DNA of 64,000 bases from a bacterium. GTDB lineage: Bacteria > Patescibacteriota > Minisyncoccia > UBA6257 > JAUSGH01. Numbering within the stretch: position 1 is the stretch's first letter; each line of letters begins with the position of its first letter. Below are positions 40,160-48,508 of this stretch, one piece after another. The notes under the pieces were generated by a model. It was not told the origin of the DNA. It did no database searches and saw only the letters and a list, made by a program, of their open reading frames with translations. The stretch covers positions 354 through 64,353 of the forward strand of contig JAUSGH010000003.1 of NCBI GenBank assembly GCA_030649055.1. Direction: 5' to 3'. A program made the translations under genes and the position numbers.

Positions 40160-40264
40160 TGCTGTCGAAGCACAAACAGCCCGCAGGCATTTCGCCTCGG
40201 GCTGTTCACGTTTTCACCCGCACCCCACACTTTGCGCCACGCTTCTCCTCCACTAATCGCACAC

Positions 40265-40306
40265 AACTGCTTCCTAACTTCACGATCGTGAAGTTAGGAA
40301 GCAGTT
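40265..40306. repeat. 42-bp perfect palindrome aactgcttcctaacttcacgatcgtgaagttaggaagcagtt (copy 1)
   Basis: Seen directly; identical copy at 40946..40987. Confidence 0.9.
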
Positions 40307-40342
40307 TATGCACGCAAAACGAAATCCAGCATCTATACAAAC

Positions 40343-40927
40343 TCAAATCACTTGCCGCAATGTACCGCTCTTGCTGATTTCGAAAATCTCAACGAGCCGA
40401 AGAAGGCCAAGTTTTTCAAGCTCGCCGATGAATGACTCGGGTAACAGCACCTTCCCCACCCAAACGCTCTTCTGTAACATGATAAATCCCAACGTACGCA
40501 GCACATCGCGCAGCCAATCGCGTTTCCGACGTTCGCGTTCCGGAATATCAAAAACGACAATGTTCAGACGAGGGGCTGCTTTGACCACCGCGGAATCAGC
40601 TAAACGTTGCTTCGCGGTACGAAATTGAAGCGCCACCTTACGTTGTAGCCCTTTTTCTGTTGTATGCCACCGCGTATGCGCTTGTGATACGTCGCTTACA
40701 ATGAGTCCCTGTTGCCGCAATTTACAGACGGCATTATAGATCTGACGGCGCGAGAAATCTTTCACGGCGCGCATTTCACGCTCCGCGACACGCTTCCCGA
40801 GCTCGCGCCGCATGCGGCCATATGAGGCACCATAACCAGCGGACAAAAAGGCGCCGGCAAAATCACCGATGCCTCCGACAAATCCGGTGATACTCTCTAA
40901 AATTTTTAACGTGATATCCCCGTTCAT
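40343..40927 (-). CDS. putative transcriptional regulator: N-terminal winged-helix, C-terminal PaaX_C/Cas2-like fold
   Basis: RQIYNAVCKLRQQGLIV wHTH-like; IVVFDIPERERRKRDWLRDVLRTLGFIMLQKSVWVGK. Confidence 0.5.
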   Translation of the reverse strand: MNGDITLKILESITGFVGGIGDFAGAFLSAGYGASYGRMRRELGKRVAEREMRAVKDFSRRQIYNAVCKLRQQGLIVSDVSQAHTRWHTTEKGLQRKVALQFRTAKQRLADSAVVKAAPRLNIVVFDIPERERRKRDWLRDVLRTLGFIMLQKSVWVGKVLLPESFIGELEKLGLLRLVEIFEISKSGTLRQVI

Positions 40928-40945
40928 TGTTTTTCATCCTACCAC

Positions 40946-40987
40946 AACTGCTTCCTAACTTCACGATCGTGAAGTTAGGAAGCAGTT
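40946..40987. repeat. 42-bp perfect palindrome (copy 2)
   Basis: Identical to 40265..40306. Confidence 0.9.
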
Positions 40988-41019
40988 CCAAAATAAAAAC
41001 TCATAGGAGAGCATGGCGC

Positions 41020-41490
41020 TCACTGCGCCTCCACAACGCTCGATCTCAGTTTCGCAACGATTTCTTTGCGGACATTAGCGGGAACTTCCTGCATACGATC
41101 TCTATTATAGTGCTGGCCGAATTCCGGGTCGGTAAACCGCGTACGGGAAATCTCAACGGTATGGTTATAGCGCGGACGCGCGTGCCAGTGGACATGCGGG
41201 TTAGGAATCGCCGCGCGGAAAGAGTCGTTCATCATGCACGTCCAGTTAAACATAGTGGCGTCGAATGATTTCTTCGCCGCCGCTTCAAACTTTTTCACGA
41301 TGCTTCCGAAATCCGCAACCTCCTCCGCGGTTACGTCCGACAAACTCGCCGCGTGACGCTTTAACGCCACAATACTCCGCCCGACGTATGATTGCTCTGT
41401 TGCCAACCACACCATCCAAAACGGCGTTTCAAAAATAAGATTTTCATCTTTCGCGGAAAACTGACAGAATTTGCATTCGTTGTTTGCCAT
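41020..41490 (-). CDS. HIT family hydrolase
   Basis: Histidine triad NPHVHWHARP. Confidence 0.82.
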   Translation of the reverse strand: MANNECKFCQFSAKDENLIFETPFWMVWLATEQSYVGRSIVALKRHAASLSDVTAEEVADFGSIVKKFEAAAKKSFDATMFNWTCMMNDSFRAAIPNPHVHWHARPRYNHTVEISRTRFTDPEFGQHYNRDRMQEVPANVRKEIVAKLRSSVVEAQ

Positions 41491-41558
41491 AAATGTATTC
41501 CTTCGACAGGCTCAGGAAATAATTTTATTATGCGCTGAGCTTGTCGAAGCGCTACCTT

Positions 41559-44500
41559 TTACTTCTTCCGTATCCCCAGCCATACCTCATTTTCTTCGAC
41601 TTTAGTTGAAATCTCGGCATCAAACTTTTCGCTCTTCTTAAATTCAACTTCCGACAAGCTGGTTTCGTTTTTGAAATCCTTAAGGCGCGCCTCAATAACG
41701 GCCTTAAGCGCCGGCGGAAACATTACCGAAAGAATGGCGCGCTCGCCCGGCTTGTAGTCCGCTGTCTGACGCAACTCCTGCACCATGCGCACGAGCTCAC
41801 GGAAAAGTCCCTCATTGCGCAACTCCGGCGTAATTTTTGTATCAAGCTCCACGTCCCCCGCCATGCTTGAATCAATAACAATTTCTTTCACGTTCACCTC
41901 ATCTTTGAGAATATCCAGAAGTTCGCTTGCTTTCTTGCTTTCTTGCTTTATTGCTTTATTGATTCTGAGCGCCGCCAGCGGTTGCCGCACCTTAATCCCC
42001 GCCTCCGCCCGTTTTGCCAAACCGATACTCGCGAGCTTACGTACCTCCTCCATCGCGGCAACAAGCGCGTCGTCCGAAAGTTTTGCATCCGTCTCCGGCC
42101 AATCCGTGAGATGAACCGAGCTTTGTTTTTTTGCTTTATTGCTTTCTTGATTCATTGAAGCATACAGCGCCTCCCCAAAAAACGGCGTAAATGGCGCGAT
42201 AAGCTTAGAGAGGGTACCGAGCACCTCGCGCAGCGTAGCGGAGGCGGCTTCATAGTCGCCTTTTTCCGGACGTTGAAATCTGCGCCGCGAACGCCGGATG
42301 TACCACCGCGAAAGATCGTCAACAAACAATTCAATCGCCCGCGCCGCCTCGTTCATTTCATAGGAGTCAAGTTTTGCGGTCACGACACCGATAAGCGACT
42401 GGAGCTTCGCCAAAATCCAGCGATCTAGCACATTAACAGATGACAATTGACCTTCGACAATTGACTTAGCCCCATACGTGTCTAAAAATACGAACGAGTT
42501 ATATAAAATCGCGAAAAATCGCCGGTAGGTTTTCAATAAGTCATTCTCATCGTACCGCTTCGGCTCACCCGCGGGATTCACGGTATAGAAATACCAACGC
42601 ACAACATCCGCACCGTATTTCTGAATCATCGCCATCGGTTCCACGACGTTGCCTTTGGATTTGGACATTTTGAGCCCGTTTTTATCCAGCACGTGTCCCA
42701 GCGAAACCACATTTTTATAGGGCGCGCCGCGTCCCAAAAGCACCGACACGGCAAGGAGCGTGTAAAACCAGCCACGCGTCTGGTCAATTCCTTCAGTAAT
42801 GTAATCCGCCGGAAACAGCGTGCCGTTGTCCACTTCTTTTTTATGCTCAAACGGATAATGCCACTGCGCATAGGGCATCGCTCCCGAGTCAAACCACACA
42901 TCCGCCACTTCTTTCACTCTTGTCATGCGCGATTTGCACTTCGCACAACGCAAATACAGCTCGTCCACATACGGCCGGTGCACATCAAGATTCCCCGCCG
43001 CGTCATATGGATAGTTACGCAACACAAGCGACCGATAATTGCCGGGTTGGATGTAGTCAAGCGCTAAGACTTCCTCATCAGAGAGTCCGTTCAGTTTTCC
43101 TTCAAGTACCCACAACGGATCACCGTGGCTTACCACCACAATACGCTTACCTACATACTTCGCATTCAACTCCCGCAAAAATGCGAGCATGCGCGCTTGT
43201 ACCTCGTGGAGATTTTCACCTCCTTCGGGCGTTTGTGTAAATTCCAATACCGATCTCCCACCAAAAATCGCCCGATACTCCTCAACGGTTTTGCCGTTAT
43301 AGACGCCGGTATTTATTTCACCGAGACGATCATCGTAGATGACAGGAATCTTGCCGAGCGTAGCTAAAAGCACCTGCACCGTTTGCCTAGTACGGTGATA
43401 GGGCGAGGCAACAATAAGGTCAATTTTTTCTTTCTTTAATTTCTTCGCGACACCTTCAACGTCCGCAATACCGCGCTTCGTAAGCTCTGATTTCTTTTCT
43501 ATTTTAGTACCTGAAGCAATCCACCCTTCTACGTTATGCGTCGCCTCGCCATGCCGCACGGCAAAAAATGTATTTCTATTAAATGCGAATTCATCCAAGT
43601 CGGCAAACGAAGAAATCACGCGCGTTGCGTCGCATTTTTCGCACTCCCAGATCGGCAAGGGAGTCCCCCAATACCGCTCGCGCGAAATCGCCCAATCTTT
43701 CACCTCGCGGATCCACTCGCCAAAACGCCCTTCCTTCAAATGCGCCGGCACCCAATTGATTTCTTTATTCGCCGCGAGAAGTTTTGCGCGCATCTTGCTC
43801 ATCTCAATAAACCAGGAGGTCCGCGCGAAGTAGATCAAAGGGCTTGAACAGCGCCAGCAAAACGGATAGTCGTGCTCCACGCTCCCCTCGGAATACATAA
43901 GACCACGCGACACTAAGTCCACGACGATGTCTTTGTCGGCCGATTTAATAAACCGCCCGCTGCCCGGAAGGTTGCCCAGTACCATACCGCGCTCGTCAAT
44001 GGTGCGCGGGATTTCATCGGTGGTCAGTTTCCACGTTTCGGAAATAAGCCGATAGTCATCTTCGCCGAACGCCGGGGCAATGTGCACCAATCCCGTTCCC
44101 TCGCCGGTTTGCACGAAATCGGCAGAAAGAACGGCATAAAATTGCTTTGTTGCTTTGTTGCTTTGTTGCTTTATCGGATAGAGCCCTTCATACCGAAGTC
44201 CCACCAACTTTTTCCCCAAAAGCTGTTCCACGGCCTCCGGTACCATGCCATTGACCGTCGGCGGCGCGTTGTACGACCAAAGATATTCATCACCGACTTT
44301 ATATTTGGTGTAGGTCAGTTTCGGATTGACTGCCACCGCGACATTCGACGGCAGTGTCCACGGAGTGGTGGTCCATACTAATAGAAATTCTTTATTCGCT
44401 GAGCTTGTCGAAGCGCTACCTTTATTTCTGATTTTAAACTTCACATACACCGACGGATCCTTCGTCAGCTTATATGCTTGCGCAAGCTCGTGGCTGGAAA

Positions 44501-45098
44501 GCGAAGTTTGACACCGCGGGCACCACGGCACAACTTTGTACAACTTCTTCAATAAACCTTTTTTCGCAATCTGCGCCATCACCCACCAAAGCGATTCCAC
44601 AAAATCATTCGCGTAGGTAATATACGGATGCTCGGAATCAATCCAAAAACCGATACGGTCACTGAACCGCTCCCATTCATTTTTATATTTCCAGATTGAC
44701 TCCTTTGCCCGCGCGTTAAACGCCGCGATACCAAACGTTTCAATCTCTTGTTTGTTTTTTAATCCAAGCGCTTTTTCCACCTCAATCTCAACGGGAAGAC
44801 CATGCGTGTCCCACCCCGCGCGCCGAGGAACATAAAACCCGCGCATGGTTTTGTAGCGCAGAATAATATCCTTAAACGTCCGCGTTTCCGCGTGCCCGAT
44901 GTGCGGCAAACCATTCGCCGTCGGCGGTCCTTCAAAAAACACGAAGTGTTTTTTACCCTGCCTGCCCGCCGAAGCCTTGGCGGAGGCGGGAGCCTGTCGA
45001 AGGGCTACCGATTTTTTGAAAATCTCATTCTCCGCCCAAAACTTAAGGACTTTCTCTTCCAACTCGGGCAGATTGAATTGCTTGAGACCTCTTAGCAT
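41559..45098 (-). CDS. ileS: isoleucyl-tRNA synthetase with an inserted histidine-phosphatase (PGAM-like) domain and in-frame repeat insertions
   Basis: PPTANGLPHIGHA, GWDTHGLPVE and KMSKS; RHGEATHN...VSHGD domain between the zinc knuckle and WFDSG; VALRQAPASAKASAGRQG insert. Confidence 0.88.
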   Translation of the reverse strand: MLRGLKQFNLPELEEKVLKFWAENEIFKKSVALRQAPASAKASAGRQGKKHFVFFEGPPTANGLPHIGHAETRTFKDIILRYKTMRGFYVPRRAGWDTHGLPVEIEVEKALGLKNKQEIETFGIAAFNARAKESIWKYKNEWERFSDRIGFWIDSEHPYITYANDFVESLWWVMAQIAKKGLLKKLYKVVPWCPRCQTSLSSHELAQAYKLTKDPSVYVKFKIRNKGSASTSSANKEFLLVWTTTPWTLPSNVAVAVNPKLTYTKYKVGDEYLWSYNAPPTVNGMVPEAVEQLLGKKLVGLRYEGLYPIKQQSNKATKQFYAVLSADFVQTGEGTGLVHIAPAFGEDDYRLISETWKLTTDEIPRTIDERGMVLGNLPGSGRFIKSADKDIVVDLVSRGLMYSEGSVEHDYPFCWRCSSPLIYFARTSWFIEMSKMRAKLLAANKEINWVPAHLKEGRFGEWIREVKDWAISRERYWGTPLPIWECEKCDATRVISSFADLDEFAFNRNTFFAVRHGEATHNVEGWIASGTKIEKKSELTKRGIADVEGVAKKLKKEKIDLIVASPYHRTRQTVQVLLATLGKIPVIYDDRLGEINTGVYNGKTVEEYRAIFGGRSVLEFTQTPEGGENLHEVQARMLAFLRELNAKYVGKRIVVVSHGDPLWVLEGKLNGLSDEEVLALDYIQPGNYRSLVLRNYPYDAAGNLDVHRPYVDELYLRCAKCKSRMTRVKEVADVWFDSGAMPYAQWHYPFEHKKEVDNGTLFPADYITEGIDQTRGWFYTLLAVSVLLGRGAPYKNVVSLGHVLDKNGLKMSKSKGNVVEPMAMIQKYGADVVRWYFYTVNPAGEPKRYDENDLLKTYRRFFAILYNSFVFLDTYGAKSIVEGQLSSVNVLDRWILAKLQSLIGVVTAKLDSYEMNEAARAIELFVDDLSRWYIRRSRRRFQRPEKGDYEAASATLREVLGTLSKLIAPFTPFFGEALYASMNQESNKAKKQSSVHLTDWPETDAKLSDDALVAAMEEVRKLASIGLAKRAEAGIKVRQPLAALRINKAIKQESKKASELLDILKDEVNVKEIVIDSSMAGDVELDTKITPELRNEGLFRELVRMVQELRQTADYKPGERAILSVMFPPALKAVIEARLKDFKNETSLSEVEFKKSEKFDAEISTKVEENEVWLGIRKK

Positions 45099-45246
45099 AC
45101 TCTCTATCGTATACGGAAAATCTCAATTTTTCAAGAAAAAACCACAAAAGAATTTTGTGACTTTAGCTACAAGTTCTCCGAAAAAGAATAGGAGGTCTCG
45201 TCGAGACCTCCTCCAAGCTCCTAGAGAACGATAATTAGTGTTGGGT

Positions 45247-45564
45247 CTACGGAGCGATTCCGGTATCCCAATCGTAGGTTTTCGGACCATCTTCTCCTTC
45301 GCGCGCCTCGCGTACAAGCTTAAGATACTCCTTAGATTCGCCCAAGGTATCAATGACGTGCTTCTTGCCGTCAGCCCATGGGAAAGGACTTTTTCGCTGA
45401 ACAGTCGGGCATCCGGTCAACTCACGAACCATCTGATCAATCACCCACGCCTTGTGATGCTCTCCGTCGACCCCACCAGACTCTACGGCGATTTTTAAGG
45501 CCTTATCAATCCGAGCTTGCAGCGCCTCCTGATTTTCTTTCCCTTCAGGACTATTCTCAGTCAT
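45247..45564 (-). CDS. hypothetical protein
   Basis: gaggagg SD before MTENSPEG; TTGACT-N17-TATAAT promoter further upstream on the minus strand (about 45618..45646). Confidence 0.5.
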   Translation of the reverse strand: MTENSPEGKENQEALQARIDKALKIAVESGGVDGEHHKAWVIDQMVRELTGCPTVQRKSPFPWADGKKHVIDTLGESKEYLKLVREAREGEDGPKTYDWDTGIAP

Positions 45565-45763
45565 CGGCTTTACCTCCTCGTTTGGTTGTTGTTCTGGTGA
45601 TTTCATTACAAATTGAATTATAAAAAAGTCTTCACTTAAAGTCAATAGCTCGGCTTAAGCAGCCGCAACTCAATATCGTTCAGTTTTAACTGTAGAATTT
45701 CAATATGCCTTTTTCCATTCGCATTATTACCGAGCCAAATTCGCGTTATTCGCGATTACTCCC

Positions 45764-47356
45764 CTACATCTTCTCCGGCGCGCTCACGCCAAGCACGCGC
45801 AAGACATTTTCCAACACCATGCGCGCCGCCTCAACCAATTGCAATCGTTCAGTAACCACCGCGCCACTGGAGTCAATCACGCGTTCTTTCTCATAAAAGT
45901 CGTGGAATGCGCGTGCAAGATCCGTCGCGTACCGTGTCAGTCGATGTACTTCGTAATCCGCCGCGGTTTGCGCAATGACATCCGGAAACTCCGCCATTGT
46001 TTTAAGGAGTTTCAGCTCGCTTTCTTCCTTGAGCCCCGTTATGTTTGCTTCTTTGTTTCTTTGCTTCTTTGCTTTCTCCAAAACGCTCCCCGCCCGAACG
46101 TACGCGTACTGCACATAATATACCGGATTTTTCACCGAGCGCTCTTTCGCAAGGTCAAGATCAAAGTCCATGTGACTGCCGGCGGAGTTCATCAAAAAGA
46201 AAAACCGCGCGGCATCTGCCCCCACTTCCTCCAACAGCTCATCCATCGTCACAAACTCGCCCTTGCGTTTGGACATGCGCACCTCTTTACCGCCGGAAAC
46301 AAGCCGCACCAGCTGCGTGATAATAATCTTCAGTCGCTCCGGCGCAACACCAAGCGCTGCGACACCTTTTTTTATTTGCTCGGCGTAGCCGTGGTGATCC
46401 GCGCCCCAAATATCAATCGCAACGTCAAATTTACGCTTAAAAAGCTTATCGTAGTGATACGCGAGATCAGGAAGAAAATATGTGGGGGTATTATCTGACT
46501 TAATCAAAACTTTATCGCCAAACCAGACCGCGCCCTCTTTCCGCTCCACGAGTCCTTTCTGTTCTAAGAACGCAAGCATTTTTTCCAATTCGCCGCCGGC
46601 GCGCAAATTTTCTTCCTCCGAAAAGAACACGTCATATATAATTCCCGCTTTTTTTAATGACGCCTTGATAGATTTCAACAACAACGCAACCGCTTGTTTG
46701 CCGGTTTTGCCTTTCAATTCTTTGATGTATTCTCCTTTATAATATTCCTCTTTTTCCGGCAACTTCCCTTCGGCGGCTTGGATGCTTTCGCCCAACAGCC
46801 GCACTTGGTTACCGGCATCGTTCACGTAATACTCGCGTGTTACCTTGTGTCCCGCGCACTCTAAAACATTAGCAAGCACGTCACCCAAAAATCCTCCGCG
46901 TCCGTTCGCCATCGTCAAAGGGCCCGTCGGATTTGCCGAAACAAACTCAACGTTTATTTTTAGTCCCTGCCTGCCCGCCGAAGCCTTGGCGGAGGAGGGA
47001 GCCTGTCGAAGGGCTACCGCTCCATATTTTGCTTTTTGTTTTAACACCGCCAGAAGTTCCTCGCGAAGCACATCCGGCGCAAGTGTAAAATTGATAAATC
47101 CCGGCGCGGCAGCAACCACCTGCGTGAAAAACTTTCCTTTATCTTTCTCCGCTATTTCTTTTGCTAAACTTTCCGCAACCGCCATCGGCGGCATTTTTCG
47201 CTCTTTTGCCAATCGAAACGCAACGTTTGACGAATAATCGCCGAACTTCGCATCCGCGGTTTTCTCCAACGGCCAGTCGTTCCCAGTTAATTCCTTGAGA
47301 TGCTGTTGAATTTTGGTAAGCATGAAATAAAATTTATCTGTATAAATCGTGATCAT
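45764..47356 (-). CDS. argS: arginyl-tRNA synthetase
   Basis: ANPTGPL...YVNDAGNQ hallmark; carries the same 54-nt in-frame insert (VALRQAPSSAKASAGRQG). Confidence 0.92.
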   Translation of the reverse strand: MITIYTDKFYFMLTKIQQHLKELTGNDWPLEKTADAKFGDYSSNVAFRLAKERKMPPMAVAESLAKEIAEKDKGKFFTQVVAAAPGFINFTLAPDVLREELLAVLKQKAKYGAVALRQAPSSAKASAGRQGLKINVEFVSANPTGPLTMANGRGGFLGDVLANVLECAGHKVTREYYVNDAGNQVRLLGESIQAAEGKLPEKEEYYKGEYIKELKGKTGKQAVALLLKSIKASLKKAGIIYDVFFSEEENLRAGGELEKMLAFLEQKGLVERKEGAVWFGDKVLIKSDNTPTYFLPDLAYHYDKLFKRKFDVAIDIWGADHHGYAEQIKKGVAALGVAPERLKIIITQLVRLVSGGKEVRMSKRKGEFVTMDELLEEVGADAARFFFLMNSAGSHMDFDLDLAKERSVKNPVYYVQYAYVRAGSVLEKAKKQRNKEANITGLKEESELKLLKTMAEFPDVIAQTAADYEVHRLTRYATDLARAFHDFYEKERVIDSSGAVVTERLQLVEAARMVLENVLRVLGVSAPEKM

Positions 47357-47603
47357 CTACGTCCAACAAAATAGCCGATTTCCGAAACAGTTGAAAAAGA
47401 ATTCTGTACTTGGCATCCACAGAAAACGCGTAAAAGCCGGTGAGTCGACCCTTCAACTTATGTGTTCGGAGCAGGGGGTGAAAAACATCCTCTCGAAACA
47501 ACGCCTCTTTTGCTAATGCTTTTTCCTGAATCGCAGGAGACAAGCTTCGAAACGCGGCCTTAAAATTCGGGTGATAAAGAACGTGATCAATCTTTTGTGT
47601 CAT
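47334..47603 (-). CDS. type II toxin RelE/ParE family
   Basis: Homologous to the 32270..32533 product (FHPLLRTHKLKG...YRILFQ...LLDVDDHDLY). Confidence 0.72.
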   Translation of the reverse strand: MTQKIDHVLYHPNFKAAFRSLSPAIQEKALAKEALFREDVFHPLLRTHKLKGRLTGFYAFSVDAKYRILFQLFRKSAILLDVDDHDLYR

Positions 47604-47622
47604 GGAAGCAACGAGGGAGCAT

Positions 47623-47814
47623 CTATCGAAGATCACGCAAGGAGCGAAGCGTGGGCAAGACGCCTTTCCGCGCAAGGCGTACTGCCTCTTTGGAGATACG
47701 CAGTATGTCGTCCTCGGTCAAATGCCGTTTGAATCCCAAATCGTCCGCCATTTTTCTAGGCATTTTTACCACGACGTAATCCTTTGATTCTTTTAATATC
47801 GAGATGCTAATCAT
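47623..47814 (-). CDS. putative antitoxin (AbrB/MazE-like)
   Basis: 63-aa ORF immediately upstream of the toxin; YVVVKMPRKMADDLG. Confidence 0.45.
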   Translation of the reverse strand: MISISILKESKDYVVVKMPRKMADDLGFKRHLTEDDILRISKEAVRLARKGVLPTLRSLRDLR

Positions 47815-47899
47815 ACATATACAATACTCAAATAACTGCGTTTGCGCAAATAAAAAGGAAAGGAGCGGTCGCCCAAGGGCGCCCGCTCCCGAATCTCCG

Positions 47900-48382
47900 C
47901 TAGCGAGCATGCACTCCGGCGTTCCGCTCAAAAGAGATGCAGTTATCGATGAGAACCTTCGTGGTCCACAACTGCTTCACGCCCTTCCCGACACGCAAGC
48001 CGCCGATGCACAGCCACTTGAGCGAGACGCGGACGAGGAATACCGCATAGCCGCCGCAATTCGCTCCCGTGACACTGGCGCGTCGCAAGAAGAGGGAGAA
48101 CCCATGCTCACCCAACGTGTTGAGCGAGATCTTCCCCTTCACCCTGGCGTCGTCGAGATCGATGTAGTCGCCCGTGAACTTCCCGTCCGCAATGTTGACA
48201 TTTCCCCGAATCACCGACCCGTTGAGGTCGAGATTCATCGGGATGTCGAAGCCACTAAACTCGATAGACTGGATGGTGCGCCCGCTCAAGTCGACCTTCT
48301 CCTCACCCCGCGCCGCCGCCTTCTCAATCATGCGACGCACGTCGTCGCTCGTGAGGACTTCCTGCTTCGTGCCGGTCTTCAT
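47900..48382 (-). CDS. pentapeptide-repeat protein
   Basis: Consecutive A(D/N)LxG-type pentapeptides. Confidence 0.72.
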   Translation of the reverse strand: MKTGTKQEVLTSDDVRRMIEKAAARGEEKVDLSGRTIQSIEFSGFDIPMNLDLNGSVIRGNVNIADGKFTGDYIDLDDARVKGKISLNTLGEHGFSLFLRRASVTGANCGGYAVFLVRVSLKWLCIGGLRVGKGVKQLWTTKVLIDNCISFERNAGVHAR

Positions 48383-48508
48383 AGAAACCTCCCATAAGAG
48401 AGACCGGGAAACTTAGACTGACTCCCAGCGTAGCGTAACCTTTCCGCAAAAGCAAAGTCCAAAATGGTAATGGGACTGCTCGCGGCACGCACGAGCAGTC
48501 CCATTCGT

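Noticed and set aside
42300-43250. Intein or separate gene explanation for the extra domain in ileS
   Set aside because: There are no intein splice-junction motifs (no C/S...HN), the reading frame is continuous with IleRS motifs on both sides, and there are no internal starts with Shine-Dalgarno sequences or stops.
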